DNA from: Polaribacter sp.
GTDB taxonomy: Bacteria > Bacteroidota > Bacteroidia > Flavobacteriales > Flavobacteriaceae
DNA: 64,000 nt
Assembly: GCA_965662295.1 (NCBI GenBank)
Contig: CBFIGS010000008.1
Span: 10,236 to 74,235, forward strand
Reading direction: 5' to 3'
In this document: positions 20,482 to 28,670 of the stretch, piece after piece
Numbering within the stretch: position 1 is the stretch's first letter
Layout: each line of letters starts with the position of its first letter
Translations under genes and position numbers: made by a program
The notes under the pieces: model-generated
Seen by the model: the letters and a program-made list of their open reading frames with translations, nothing else
The model's database searches: none
What the model was told of the DNA's origin: nothing

Positions 20482-20574
20482 CTATTTATTTAAATGCGAT
20501 CCATCACAATATCCATTAGGGTCTGACGTATTACCACATCCACAAGTTGGTCTATCGATTTTAGTTGATTCCAT
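20482..20574 (-). CDS. 30-aa CDGSH iron-sulfur motif mini-protein
   Basis: Manual translation MESTKIDRPTCGCGNTSDPNGYCDGSHLNK*, with CxC...CDGSH ligand set; 27 nt downstream of yceI and followed by a terminator. Below the track's length cutoff. Confidence 0.8.
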   Translation of the reverse strand: MESTKIDRPTCGCGNTSDPNGYCDGSHLNK

Positions 20575-20601
20575 ATTTTTATAGTTTAAAATTAGTATTC
20601 G

Positions 20602-21237
20602 TTATCTAAGAACAACAACAAAAGACATCTCCATTAAGTCATTTATAAATTTATCTTTCAATCCTTCAATCCATCTTTTAGACCCATATTTTACATTAAA
20701 ATCTGCTCTATCCACATTAAAAACATCACTCTTAAAAGAAGTTACTCCTGCTTCTGTAGAAATCGTTGCAGGAATTGTAATGCTCTTGGTAACGTCTTTA
20801 ATTTGAAGGTTCCCTGTTACTGCTAATTTCCCTTCAGTTTCTTCTACCTTGGTAATTACAAATTTAGAGGTAGGATACACAGCAATGTCAAAAAAATCAG
20901 GTGCTTTTAAGTGACCTTCTAGGTTTTGTGCCCCATCAGTTCCTGCCATGTCTAGGTTTGTAATGGTACTCATATCTATGACAAACTCACCTCCTTTTAA
21001 AACCCCTTCTTCTAGCAACATCCCTCCGCTTTTTAGAGCGACGGTCCCATTATGAGAACCTGTAGGCTTACTCCCTTTCCATGTTAACACAGAAACGGCC
21101 GTATCTATATTATTTAGGTCAGCAATATTTGTTTCAACTTTTTCAGCTTCGTTTACTGCTACTTTTTCTTTCTTCTCTCCTTTACACGCTGTTAAAAGTG
21201 ATGCGACAATCAGTATTGATAAAACTATTTTTTTCAT
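20602..21237 (-). CDS. YceI family lipoprotein
   Basis: Lipobox LLTAC; SVLTWKG, HNGTV, HLKAPDFFD, GNLQIKDVTK. -7 box TATATTTG at 21270-21277 lies too close to ATG 21267, so ATG 21237 was chosen. Confidence 0.88.
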   Translation of the reverse strand: MKKIVLSILIVASLLTACKGEKKEKVAVNEAEKVETNIADLNNIDTAVSVLTWKGSKPTGSHNGTVALKSGGMLLEEGVLKGGEFVIDMSTITNLDMAGTDGAQNLEGHLKAPDFFDIAVYPTSKFVITKVEETEGKLAVTGNLQIKDVTKSITIPATISTEAGVTSFKSDVFNVDRADFNVKYGSKRWIEGLKDKFINDLMEMSFVVVLR

Positions 21238-21350
21238 TTTAATGTTGATTTTAAATTTATTTTCCATGGCAAATATATGCTTTTTATTTTCCTTGGAAAA
21301 TAAAAAAGTATTTTTTTAGATAATATTAACACTTGTCGAAAATAGAAAGG

Positions 21351-21803
21351 CTATTCTTTTATTTTGGAATCAATGATAATAGTAACGGGGCCATCATTCA
21401 ACAACTCCACTTTCATCTCTGCACCAAATACTCCAGTAGCCACTTTTTTGCCAAGTACTTTTTCTAGAGAGGCTACAAATTCTTGATACAAAGGAATTGC
21501 TACGAGTGGTTTTGCAGCCTTAATATAACTGGGTCTGCTTCCTTTTTTTGTGGAGGCATGTAGGGTAAATTGACTCACCACTAATGCTGCTGCATTGAGA
21601 TCCATTAAAGATAAATTCATCACGTCATTTTCATCATTAAAAATCCGAAGATTTGAAACTTTTTTTACCAACCAATGAATATCCTCTTCTGTATCATCGT
21701 GCTCAATCCCTAAAAGAATCAGCAATCCTGCTGATATATTTGCAACTTTATCTCCATGAACCGTTACACTTGCTTTTGATACTCTTTGAACAACAATTCT
21801 CAT
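21351..21803 (-). CDS. dtd: D-aminoacyl-tRNA deacylase
   Basis: MRIVVQRV, SQFTL, RPSY, GVFGAEM, NDGPVT. Confidence 0.97.
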   Translation of the reverse strand: MRIVVQRVSKASVTVHGDKVANISAGLLILLGIEHDDTEEDIHWLVKKVSNLRIFNDENDVMNLSLMDLNAAALVVSQFTLHASTKKGSRPSYIKAAKPLVAIPLYQEFVASLEKVLGKKVATGVFGAEMKVELLNDGPVTIIIDSKIKE

Positions 21804-21809
21804 AGGCTA

Positions 21810-22775
21810 TTAAGTATCTTGATCTTCGTTCCAAATATCTGTTCTAAAATGCGCTGTTTCATCTTCTCCCTCTAAAATTTGAAGATAACTTTTATAGCGA
21901 GACCAAGAAATCCGTTCTTCTTCTAGAGCGGCCTTAATGGCACAATTCGGTTCTTTTGTATGGATACAGTTATTAAATTTACAATCTTGTTTTAAGGCAA
22001 AAAACTCAGGGAAATAGTCTCCTAATTCATACTTATCGATGTCTACAACTCCAAAACCTTTGATTCCTGGGGTATCAATAATTCGTGCATTAAAATTTAA
22101 ATCGAACATTTCCGCAAATGTTGTCGTATGTTTTCCTTGTTGATGTTGGTCTGAAATTTCTTTGGTTTTTAAATCTAGGGTAGCATCAATTGCATTTACA
22201 AGGGTTGTTTTTCCAACTCCTGAGTGACCCACAAACATCGATGTCTTATCTTTCATTATTTCTTTAATGATAGAGACGTTTGTGTGTTGGGTAGCAGAAA
22301 CCTCTATGCATCTATATCCTATTGCTTCATAAATATCCTTGAGGTATAATACCTCTGCCCGAGCCTCAATAGCATAAGAATCTATTTTATTAAAAACCAA
22401 GACGGTGTCAATCCTGTAGGCTCTTGCAGCCACTAAAAAACGATCTATAAATGTTGAAAATGTTGGCGGATTATTAATGGTTATAAGTAAAAAAACTTGA
22501 TCAATATTTGCCGCAATAATATGGGTTTGTTTCGAAAGGTTTACAGATTTTCTAACAATGAAATTCTCTCGATCTAAGATTTTTTTAATTACACCTGTTT
22601 CTTCATCTCCTTTTTTTTCTAAGTCGAAAAGAACTCGATCTCCAACTGCTACAGGATTGGTACTCTTAATTCCTTTGATTCGGAATTTTCCTTTGATTCT
22701 ACATTGGTGAAATTCACCATCTTCAGATTTTACCTGATACCAACTTCCAGTAGATTTATATACGGTTCCTGTCAT
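21810..22775 (-). CDS. rsgA: Ribosome small subunit-dependent GTPase A
   Basis: NKID, GHSGVGKTT, GKHTTT, DTPG, zinc finger CKFNNCIHTKEPNCA. Confidence 0.97.
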   Translation of the reverse strand: MTGTVYKSTGSWYQVKSEDGEFHQCRIKGKFRIKGIKSTNPVAVGDRVLFDLEKKGDEETGVIKKILDRENFIVRKSVNLSKQTHIIAANIDQVFLLITINNPPTFSTFIDRFLVAARAYRIDTVLVFNKIDSYAIEARAEVLYLKDIYEAIGYRCIEVSATQHTNVSIIKEIMKDKTSMFVGHSGVGKTTLVNAIDATLDLKTKEISDQHQQGKHTTTFAEMFDLNFNARIIDTPGIKGFGVVDIDKYELGDYFPEFFALKQDCKFNNCIHTKEPNCAIKAALEEERISWSRYKSYLQILEGEDETAHFRTDIWNEDQDT

Positions 22776-22809
22776 TAATACAAAGATGCAGAATTTATAA
22801 TAAATACAT

Positions 22810-22846
22810 AAAAAAATTCTTCAGATTTATAAACCTGAAGAATTTT
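22810..22846 (-). terminator. Intrinsic terminator of the aromatic amino-acid operon
   Basis: AAAATTCTTCAG-N10-CTGAAGAATTTT with a T-run on the minus strand. Confidence 0.8.
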
Positions 22847-22901
22847 ATTATATAGACTAACAAAAAGTGATTACTCGCTCTTTATCTGTTATTCCAAAAA
22901 A

Positions 22902-23984
22902 CTATCCGTTAATTATCTTTTCTTGATGATTGATTGATTCTTGGTGAATTGCTTTGAACATTTTTAAAACAAATTCTTCGCTCAAACCTTTGCTTTCCCC
23001 CTCTAAAATCATATTTCCAAGTATCTCATTCCAACGTTTCGATTGTAAAACAGCAACGTTTTTATCTTTCTTTAAAGCTCCAATTTGATCGGCAACTTTC
23101 ATACGTTTTCCCAAAGTCTCTAACAATTGTGTATCTGCCACATTAATTTGCGCTCTTAAATTGTCTAAAGATTTTGTGTAATCTGCTTCTGTATTGGTTT
23201 CTTTTCTGATTTTTAAATCTTCCATAATTTGCTTAAGCTTCGTTGGAGTCACTTGTTGAGCGGCATCAGACCAAGCATTTTCAGGATCGAAATGAGTTTC
23301 GATCATTAAACCATCAAAATTTAAATCCAATGCAGTTTGAGAAACATCTTGAATCATTTCTCTATTTCCTGTAATATGAGAAGGATCGTTAATTAATGGT
23401 AAATCTGGAAATTTATTTTGGAACTCAATCGCTAATTGCCATTCTGGGGTATTTCTATAATTTGTTTTTTCATAGGTAGAGAACCCTCTGTGAATTGCTC
23501 CTAAATTTTTAATCCCTGCCGTATACAATCTTTCGATACCACCTAACCATAAAGCCAAATCTGGATTTACTGGATTTTTAACCAACACAATTTTGTCTGA
23601 CCCTTGCAAAGCATCTGCAATTTCTTGCATGATGAATGGCGATACTGTAGAACGTGCCCCAATCCATAATAAATCGACATCATTTTCGATGGCCAATTTA
23701 ACATGGGCCGCATTGGCAACTTCTGTACAGGTTTTCATACCTGTTTCTTCTTTTACTTTCTTTAACCATCTTAAACCAATTTCTCCAACACCTTCAAACA
23801 TTCCTGGTCTTGTTCTTGGCTTCCAAATTCCCGCTCTAAAATAATTTACATCAGAATCTTTTAATTCGTGTGCAATTTTTAAAACCTGTTCTTCGGTTTC
23901 TGCACTACAAGGCCCTGCTATTACTAGTGGATGCGCTAAATTCATATCATCCAACCATGTTCTTAATTCTTTTGTATTTTTCAT
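22902..23984 (-). CDS. Bifunctional DAHP synthase / chorismate mutase type II
   Basis: IAGPCSAE, WKPRTRP, WIGAR, KNP, HRGF, DPSH, GLMIETH; C-terminal LRAQIN...RMK CM2 domain. Confidence 0.93.
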   Translation of the reverse strand: MKNTKELRTWLDDMNLAHPLVIAGPCSAETEEQVLKIAHELKDSDVNYFRAGIWKPRTRPGMFEGVGEIGLRWLKKVKEETGMKTCTEVANAAHVKLAIENDVDLLWIGARSTVSPFIMQEIADALQGSDKIVLVKNPVNPDLALWLGGIERLYTAGIKNLGAIHRGFSTYEKTNYRNTPEWQLAIEFQNKFPDLPLINDPSHITGNREMIQDVSQTALDLNFDGLMIETHFDPENAWSDAAQQVTPTKLKQIMEDLKIRKETNTEADYTKSLDNLRAQINVADTQLLETLGKRMKVADQIGALKKDKNVAVLQSKRWNEILGNMILEGESKGLSEEFVLKMFKAIHQESINHQEKIING

Positions 23985-24004
23985 TTTTCTACTTGTTTTG
24001 GCTT

Positions 24005-24856
24005 TTATTTTATGCCGTTTAAAATTTGCTTTATATAATTTGTATTCTCCATTTCGTTAAAAATTTCAGAGAAATTATCTTGTTGCATCAACGCTTTAAA
24101 ATGTTGTAAATTATTGATGTATTCTTCTAATGTTTCTATAACATTCTCTTTATTCTGTTTAAAAATTGGTGTCCACATGGCTGGCGAACTCTTTGCCAAA
24201 CGAACGGTGGATGCAAAACCAGAACCTGCCATATCAAAAATATCGCGTTCATTTTTTTCTTTATTGATCACTGTTTTACCTAACATAAACGCACTAATGT
24301 GAGATAGATGCGAAACATAAGCAATATGTTTGTCATGAGAGACAGCATCCATATAACGAATACGCATTCCAATGTCTGTAAAAAGCTGTAAAGCTTTTTC
24401 TTGCAACTTAAAAGTGGTCTTTTCTACTTCACAAATAATATTTGTTTTCCCAACGTATAAGCCAGAAATTGCTGCTGCAGGTCCAGATTTTTCTGTTCCT
24501 GCAATTGGATGACATGCTAAAAAATTTCTTCTTTTTGGATGATGTTCAACCGCCTTACAAATTGCTTCTTTTGTGGATCCTGCATCAACAACCAAGGTCT
24601 GATCTGAAATCTTATCCAAAATTGTTGGTAATAATTGAACCGTTGCATCTACCGGAATAGAAACAATGACTACGTCTGCATTTACCAAATCGTCTAAAGT
24701 GGCTTTTTTATCGATGAGATTTAATTCCAACGCTTTGTCTAGGGTCTCCTTTTTTCTACTAATTCCATGTATAACAACTGCTGGATACTTATTTTTAATA
24801 TCAATAGCAAAGCTACCTCCAATTAAACCAATACCAATCATGTAGATATTTTTCAT
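24005..24856 (-). CDS. tyrA: Prephenate dehydrogenase
   Basis: GIGLIGGS Rossmann motif, DAGSTK, HPIAGTE, HDKHIAYVSHLSH, GSGFASTVRLA. Confidence 0.93.
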   Translation of the reverse strand: MKNIYMIGIGLIGGSFAIDIKNKYPAVVIHGISRKKETLDKALELNLIDKKATLDDLVNADVVIVSIPVDATVQLLPTILDKISDQTLVVDAGSTKEAICKAVEHHPKRRNFLACHPIAGTEKSGPAAAISGLYVGKTNIICEVEKTTFKLQEKALQLFTDIGMRIRYMDAVSHDKHIAYVSHLSHISAFMLGKTVINKEKNERDIFDMAGSGFASTVRLAKSSPAMWTPIFKQNKENVIETLEEYINNLQHFKALMQQDNFSEIFNEMENTNYIKQILNGIK

Positions 24857-25995
24857 ATTCTAGATATTGCTTTTTTAATGATTGTTGAACTTACACATAG
24901 TGAAAAACGAATGTACCCTTCTCCTTGACTACCAAAAACAGTTCCAGGAGTTATAAATATGTCTTTCCCATATAAAATAGTATCCGTAACTTCTTCTGAT
25001 TTTTTACCCGCTGGAATTTTAGCCCAAACAAATAATCCTGTTGAATTTCTGTCATATACACAGTCTAATTTATCTGCCAATTGCCAGATTAAATTTCTGC
25101 GTTCTGTATATATTTTATTTTGTTCTAAAAACCAAGAATCAGATAAACTTAGCGCTTCAATAGCTCCTTTTTGAATTCCGTAAAACATGCCAGAATCCAT
25201 ATTCGATTTTACTTTTAAAATCTCATTAATATATTTTTGATTTCCTAAAACCATTCCAACACGCCAACCAGCCATGTTAAAAGTTTTACTTAAAGAATTT
25301 AATTCTAAAGCAATCTCTTTTGCTCCATCAACTTGTAAAATACTCTTGGGAGTATCGTTTAAAATAAAACTATATGGATTGTCATTGATGATTAAAATAT
25401 CATGCTTCTTTCCAAATGCGACTAACTTCTCAAAGGTTTCTGTAAGTGCATTTGTTCCTGTTGGCATGTGTGGATAATTTACCCACATAATTTTCACCTC
25501 AGACAAATTTTGACTTTCCAATTCTTTAAAATCTGGCTGCCAGTTATTTGCAGCACTGAGGTTATAAAAAAGAGGCTCGGCTCCTACTAATTTTGTTACT
25601 GATGTGTAGGTTGGATATCCTGGATTTGGAATCAACACTTTATCGCCTTCGTTTAAAAAAGCCATAGAAATATGCATAATTCCTTCTTTACTCCCCATTA
25701 ATGGCAGCACTTCATTTTCTGGATCTGAAACAACAGATAACTTGTTCTTATAAAAATTAGAAATCGCATTTCTTAATTCGGGCAACCCTTGATAGGATTG
25801 ATATTTATGAGCAGAAGCATCATGTAAACTATTCTGAATCGCCTCTAAAACTTTTGCAGGTGGTTGCAAATCGGGAGATCCAATTCCCATATTGATAATG
25901 GGTTTCCCTGCTGCCATTAGCCCTCTTACTTCTCTTAATTTTTTTGAAAAATAGTATTCTTGAACCGTATCTAATCTTTTGGCTGCCTTCATCAT
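24853..25995 (-). CDS. Class I/II PLP aminotransferase (probable aromatic/prephenate aminotransferase)
   Basis: GIGSPD, PNPGYPTY, NYPHMPTG, DNPY, SLSKTFNMAGWRVG; 4-nt overlaps with pheA and tyrA. Confidence 0.85.
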   Translation of the reverse strand: MMKAAKRLDTVQEYYFSKKLREVRGLMAAGKPIINMGIGSPDLQPPAKVLEAIQNSLHDASAHKYQSYQGLPELRNAISNFYKNKLSVVSDPENEVLPLMGSKEGIMHISMAFLNEGDKVLIPNPGYPTYTSVTKLVGAEPLFYNLSAANNWQPDFKELESQNLSEVKIMWVNYPHMPTGTNALTETFEKLVAFGKKHDILIINDNPYSFILNDTPKSILQVDGAKEIALELNSLSKTFNMAGWRVGMVLGNQKYINEILKVKSNMDSGMFYGIQKGAIEALSLSDSWFLEQNKIYTERRNLIWQLADKLDCVYDRNSTGLFVWAKIPAGKKSEEVTDTILYGKDIFITPGTVFGSQGEGYIRFSLCVSSTIIKKAISRI

Positions 25996-26819
25996 TTCCT
26001 ACCGTTTTTATAAGTTCCTAAAACCTTAAACTCCTCTGCCATGATTTCAATAATTGTTACTGCTTTTTTATAATTTTTGAAGTCATCAAAAGTAATGTCT
26101 ACAAAAAATGAATATTTCCAAGGAGTTTCGATCACTGGAATTGATTGTATTTTTGTCAAGTTCATTTTGCAATCACTTAACACATTAAGAATTGCCGCCA
26201 GGCTGCCTCTTTTATGATTTAATTCAAATTTTAAAGAGGCTTTATTTATCTCATCTATTTCATTGTTTGACTCTTGTGTCTGAACAATTACAAACCTAGT
26301 CGCATTGTCTTTAATGGTTTGTATTTCATCTTCAATGACCTCCAAATTAAAAATTTCTGCAGCAATTTTTGGAGCAATTGCTCCGATTCCTACTAAATTT
26401 TCTTTAGAAATTCTTTTGGCTACCTCGGCAGTATCCACATCCTCCACTAATTTGATATGTGGATATTTTTTAAAGAATTCTTTGCATTGTAACAATGCCA
26501 TAGGATGTGACCAAATCTCCTTAATATCTTCAATTTTTTGACCTTTTAACCCCATTAAATGATGATGAATGTGTAAGTATTCTTCTCCCGTTATGTGTAA
26601 ATTATACTTATCGATTAAAGCATAATTGGGAATGATAGATCCTGCAATTGTATTCTCTAACGCCATCACCCCAAGATCTGCAGAACCATCTAATAAACTA
26701 TCTACCAAGACATCAAAAGACATACACTCTTTCAACTGTATTTCTGAACCATAAAAGTCGCGAGCAACTTTATGATGATTTGAGCCTTCTGCTCCTTGTA
26801 TGGCAATCGTTTTGTTCAT
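25992..26819 (-). CDS. pheA: Prephenate dehydratase
   Basis: IAIQG, ENTIAGS, SHPMALLQC, DTA, NATRF, ACT domain NLTKIQS. Confidence 0.94.
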   Translation of the reverse strand: MNKTIAIQGAEGSNHHKVARDFYGSEIQLKECMSFDVLVDSLLDGSADLGVMALENTIAGSIIPNYALIDKYNLHITGEEYLHIHHHLMGLKGQKIEDIKEIWSHPMALLQCKEFFKKYPHIKLVEDVDTAEVAKRISKENLVGIGAIAPKIAAEIFNLEVIEDEIQTIKDNATRFVIVQTQESNNEIDEINKASLKFELNHKRGSLAAILNVLSDCKMNLTKIQSIPVIETPWKYSFFVDITFDDFKNYKKAVTIIEIMAEEFKVLGTYKNGRK

Positions 26820-26837
26820 CGATTTAAAAAGTCTATC

Positions 26838-26870
26838 AAAAAAAAAGTCTCGAAATTAATTCGAGACTTT
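26838..26870 (-). terminator. Attenuator terminator upstream of pheA
   Basis: AAAGTCTCGAA-N5-TTCGAGACTTT 11-bp stem followed by a T-run on the minus strand. Confidence 0.88.
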
Positions 26871-26887
26871 ATATTTTTGAATGTTTC

Positions 26888-26968
26888 TTAACAACATACT
26901 ACAAAGTCTCTTCTTTTATTATAAAAATAAAAGTAAAAATAGAAACGTGTAAAGTTGATATTCAACAT
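26888..26968 (-). CDS. Phe/Tyr-rich leader peptide (26 aa)
   Basis: Manual translation MLNINFTRFYFYFYFYNKRRDFVVCC*; eight consecutive alternating Phe/Tyr codons. Confidence 0.88.
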   Translation of the reverse strand: MLNINFTRFYFYFYFYNKRRDFVVCC

Positions 26969-27129
26969 CTTAATTCTCTTGTTTTGAAGAGCAAATCTAA
27001 AGATTATATTGAAACAAACAAATTAAATTTCCTTTTTTGTAAAAGAATTGACATATTGATAAATATCGCAGAAAATGCAAGGCTGGTTTTATGAAATTCT
27101 TTGATGAAAAAGGGATTAGAAATACATTT

Positions 27130-28626
27130 CTAAATTTTAAACCATTCTTTTACCAATTTTTTCTCAGTAGAAGTGGCTGTTTTATGGATGTAATCATTTT
27201 TAATTGCCTCATACTGATAGTCTTTAGACCATTCTTCAATATGTATGGACAACTCTTCTAGAGAAGTACAAATAAATTGCAACTCTTCTGAAGTTATTGT
27301 TGGATGTAGAGATAAGCGAACCCAACCTGGCTTTTCTGTATTACAACCGTGTAAAATTTGATCTTGAATCTTGTTGGAAGTTTCTTGATCTACATTTAAT
27401 AAAAAATGTCCGTAGGTTCCTGCACAAGAACAACCTCCTCTTGTTTGAATTCCAAAACGATCATTTAGTAATTTTACAACAAGGTTAAAGTGATACTTTT
27501 CAAAATAAAAAGAAAAAATACTCAATCGTTCTTTATGATTTGGCGCTAAAACTTTTACTCCAGACAAGTTTTCTAAAGTTTTAAATACGAGTTTGTTGAT
27601 TTCTTCTTCTCTGTTTTTAATATGATGTACTCCCATTTTTTCTTTCAACTGAAGTGAAAGTGCCACTCTTATTGTTTGTAAAAAACCTGGGGTACCCCCA
27701 TCTTCTCGAGTTTCTACATCATCAAAATAATCATGTTCTCCCCAAGGGTTTGTATAGCTTACTGTTCCTCCTCCAGGGTTGTCTGGAACCGTATTTTTAT
27801 ATAAGCTTTTATTAAAGATGAGCACTCCTGAACTTCCTGGTCCTCCTAAAAATTTATGGGGAGAAAAGAAGATCGCGTCTAAATATTCATCTTTATTTTC
27901 TGGATGCATATCAATGGCGACATAAGGCGCACAACAAGCAAAATCAACAAAACACAAACCATGATACCTATGAATTAGTTTTGCTACTTTGTGATAGGGG
28001 GTTTTTATCCCTGTAACATTGGAACAGGAGGTAATAGAAGCTATTTTTATTTTTCTGTGTTGATGTTTTTGTATGCATCTTTCAAATTCATTAAGACATA
28101 GCAATCCTTCATCATCACATGGAACCACTACTACATCTGCAATCGTTTCTAACCATGATGTTTGATTGGAATGATGCTCCATATGACTGACAAAAACAAT
28201 GGGTTTTAAATCCTCTGGAATCGCGGTATGATTCTTTAGGCTTTCAGAAACTTTTAATCCTAATATTCGCTGAAATTTATTAACAACTCCTGTCATTCCA
28301 GAACCTGTCGTAATCAAAACATCATTCGAATTTGCGTGAACGTGGCGTTTGATAATTTTCCTAGCTTCATGATAGGCCAACGTCATCGCAGCCCCCGAGG
28401 TCGTTGTTTCTGTATGTGTATTTGCAACAAAGGGACCAAATTGATGTAGCATTTTTTCTTCAATGGGAGCGTACAGTCTTCCACTTGCGGTCCAGTCTGA
28501 ATAAATCAATTTTTGCACTCCATAAGGAGATTGAAAGGTTTGTTCTATGCCAACAATATGTTCTCTAAATTGTTGAAAATATTCCTCTAGAGGAGACTTT
28601 TCTGTATGTTGATTTATTGAACTCAT
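27130..28626 (-). CDS. Class V PLP aminotransferase / cysteine desulfurase-like protein
   Basis: DWTASG, MEHHSN, SCSNVTG, FSPHKFLGGPG, RGGCSCAG. -7 box TATTTTTG at 28651-28658 overlaps the track's start, so ATG 28626 was used. Confidence 0.85.
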   Translation of the reverse strand: MSSINQHTEKSPLEEYFQQFREHIVGIEQTFQSPYGVQKLIYSDWTASGRLYAPIEEKMLHQFGPFVANTHTETTTSGAAMTLAYHEARKIIKRHVHANSNDVLITTGSGMTGVVNKFQRILGLKVSESLKNHTAIPEDLKPIVFVSHMEHHSNQTSWLETIADVVVVPCDDEGLLCLNEFERCIQKHQHRKIKIASITSCSNVTGIKTPYHKVAKLIHRYHGLCFVDFACCAPYVAIDMHPENKDEYLDAIFFSPHKFLGGPGSSGVLIFNKSLYKNTVPDNPGGGTVSYTNPWGEHDYFDDVETREDGGTPGFLQTIRVALSLQLKEKMGVHHIKNREEEINKLVFKTLENLSGVKVLAPNHKERLSIFSFYFEKYHFNLVVKLLNDRFGIQTRGGCSCAGTYGHFLLNVDQETSNKIQDQILHGCNTEKPGWVRLSLHPTITSEELQFICTSLEELSIHIEEWSKDYQYEAIKNDYIHKTATSTEKKLVKEWFKI

Positions 28627-28670
28627 TCTTATGAAATTCGTTTTTACTTTCAAAAATAAGCAATAAAAAA

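Larger units (their letters stand above)
26838..27022 (-). promoter_or_regulatory. Promoter plus transcription attenuator of the pheA operon
   Basis: -33 TTTG (27019-27022), 19-nt spacer, -7 TAGATTTG (26992-26999), leader ORF, antiterminator GAGACTTT (26903-26910), terminator. Confidence 0.85.
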
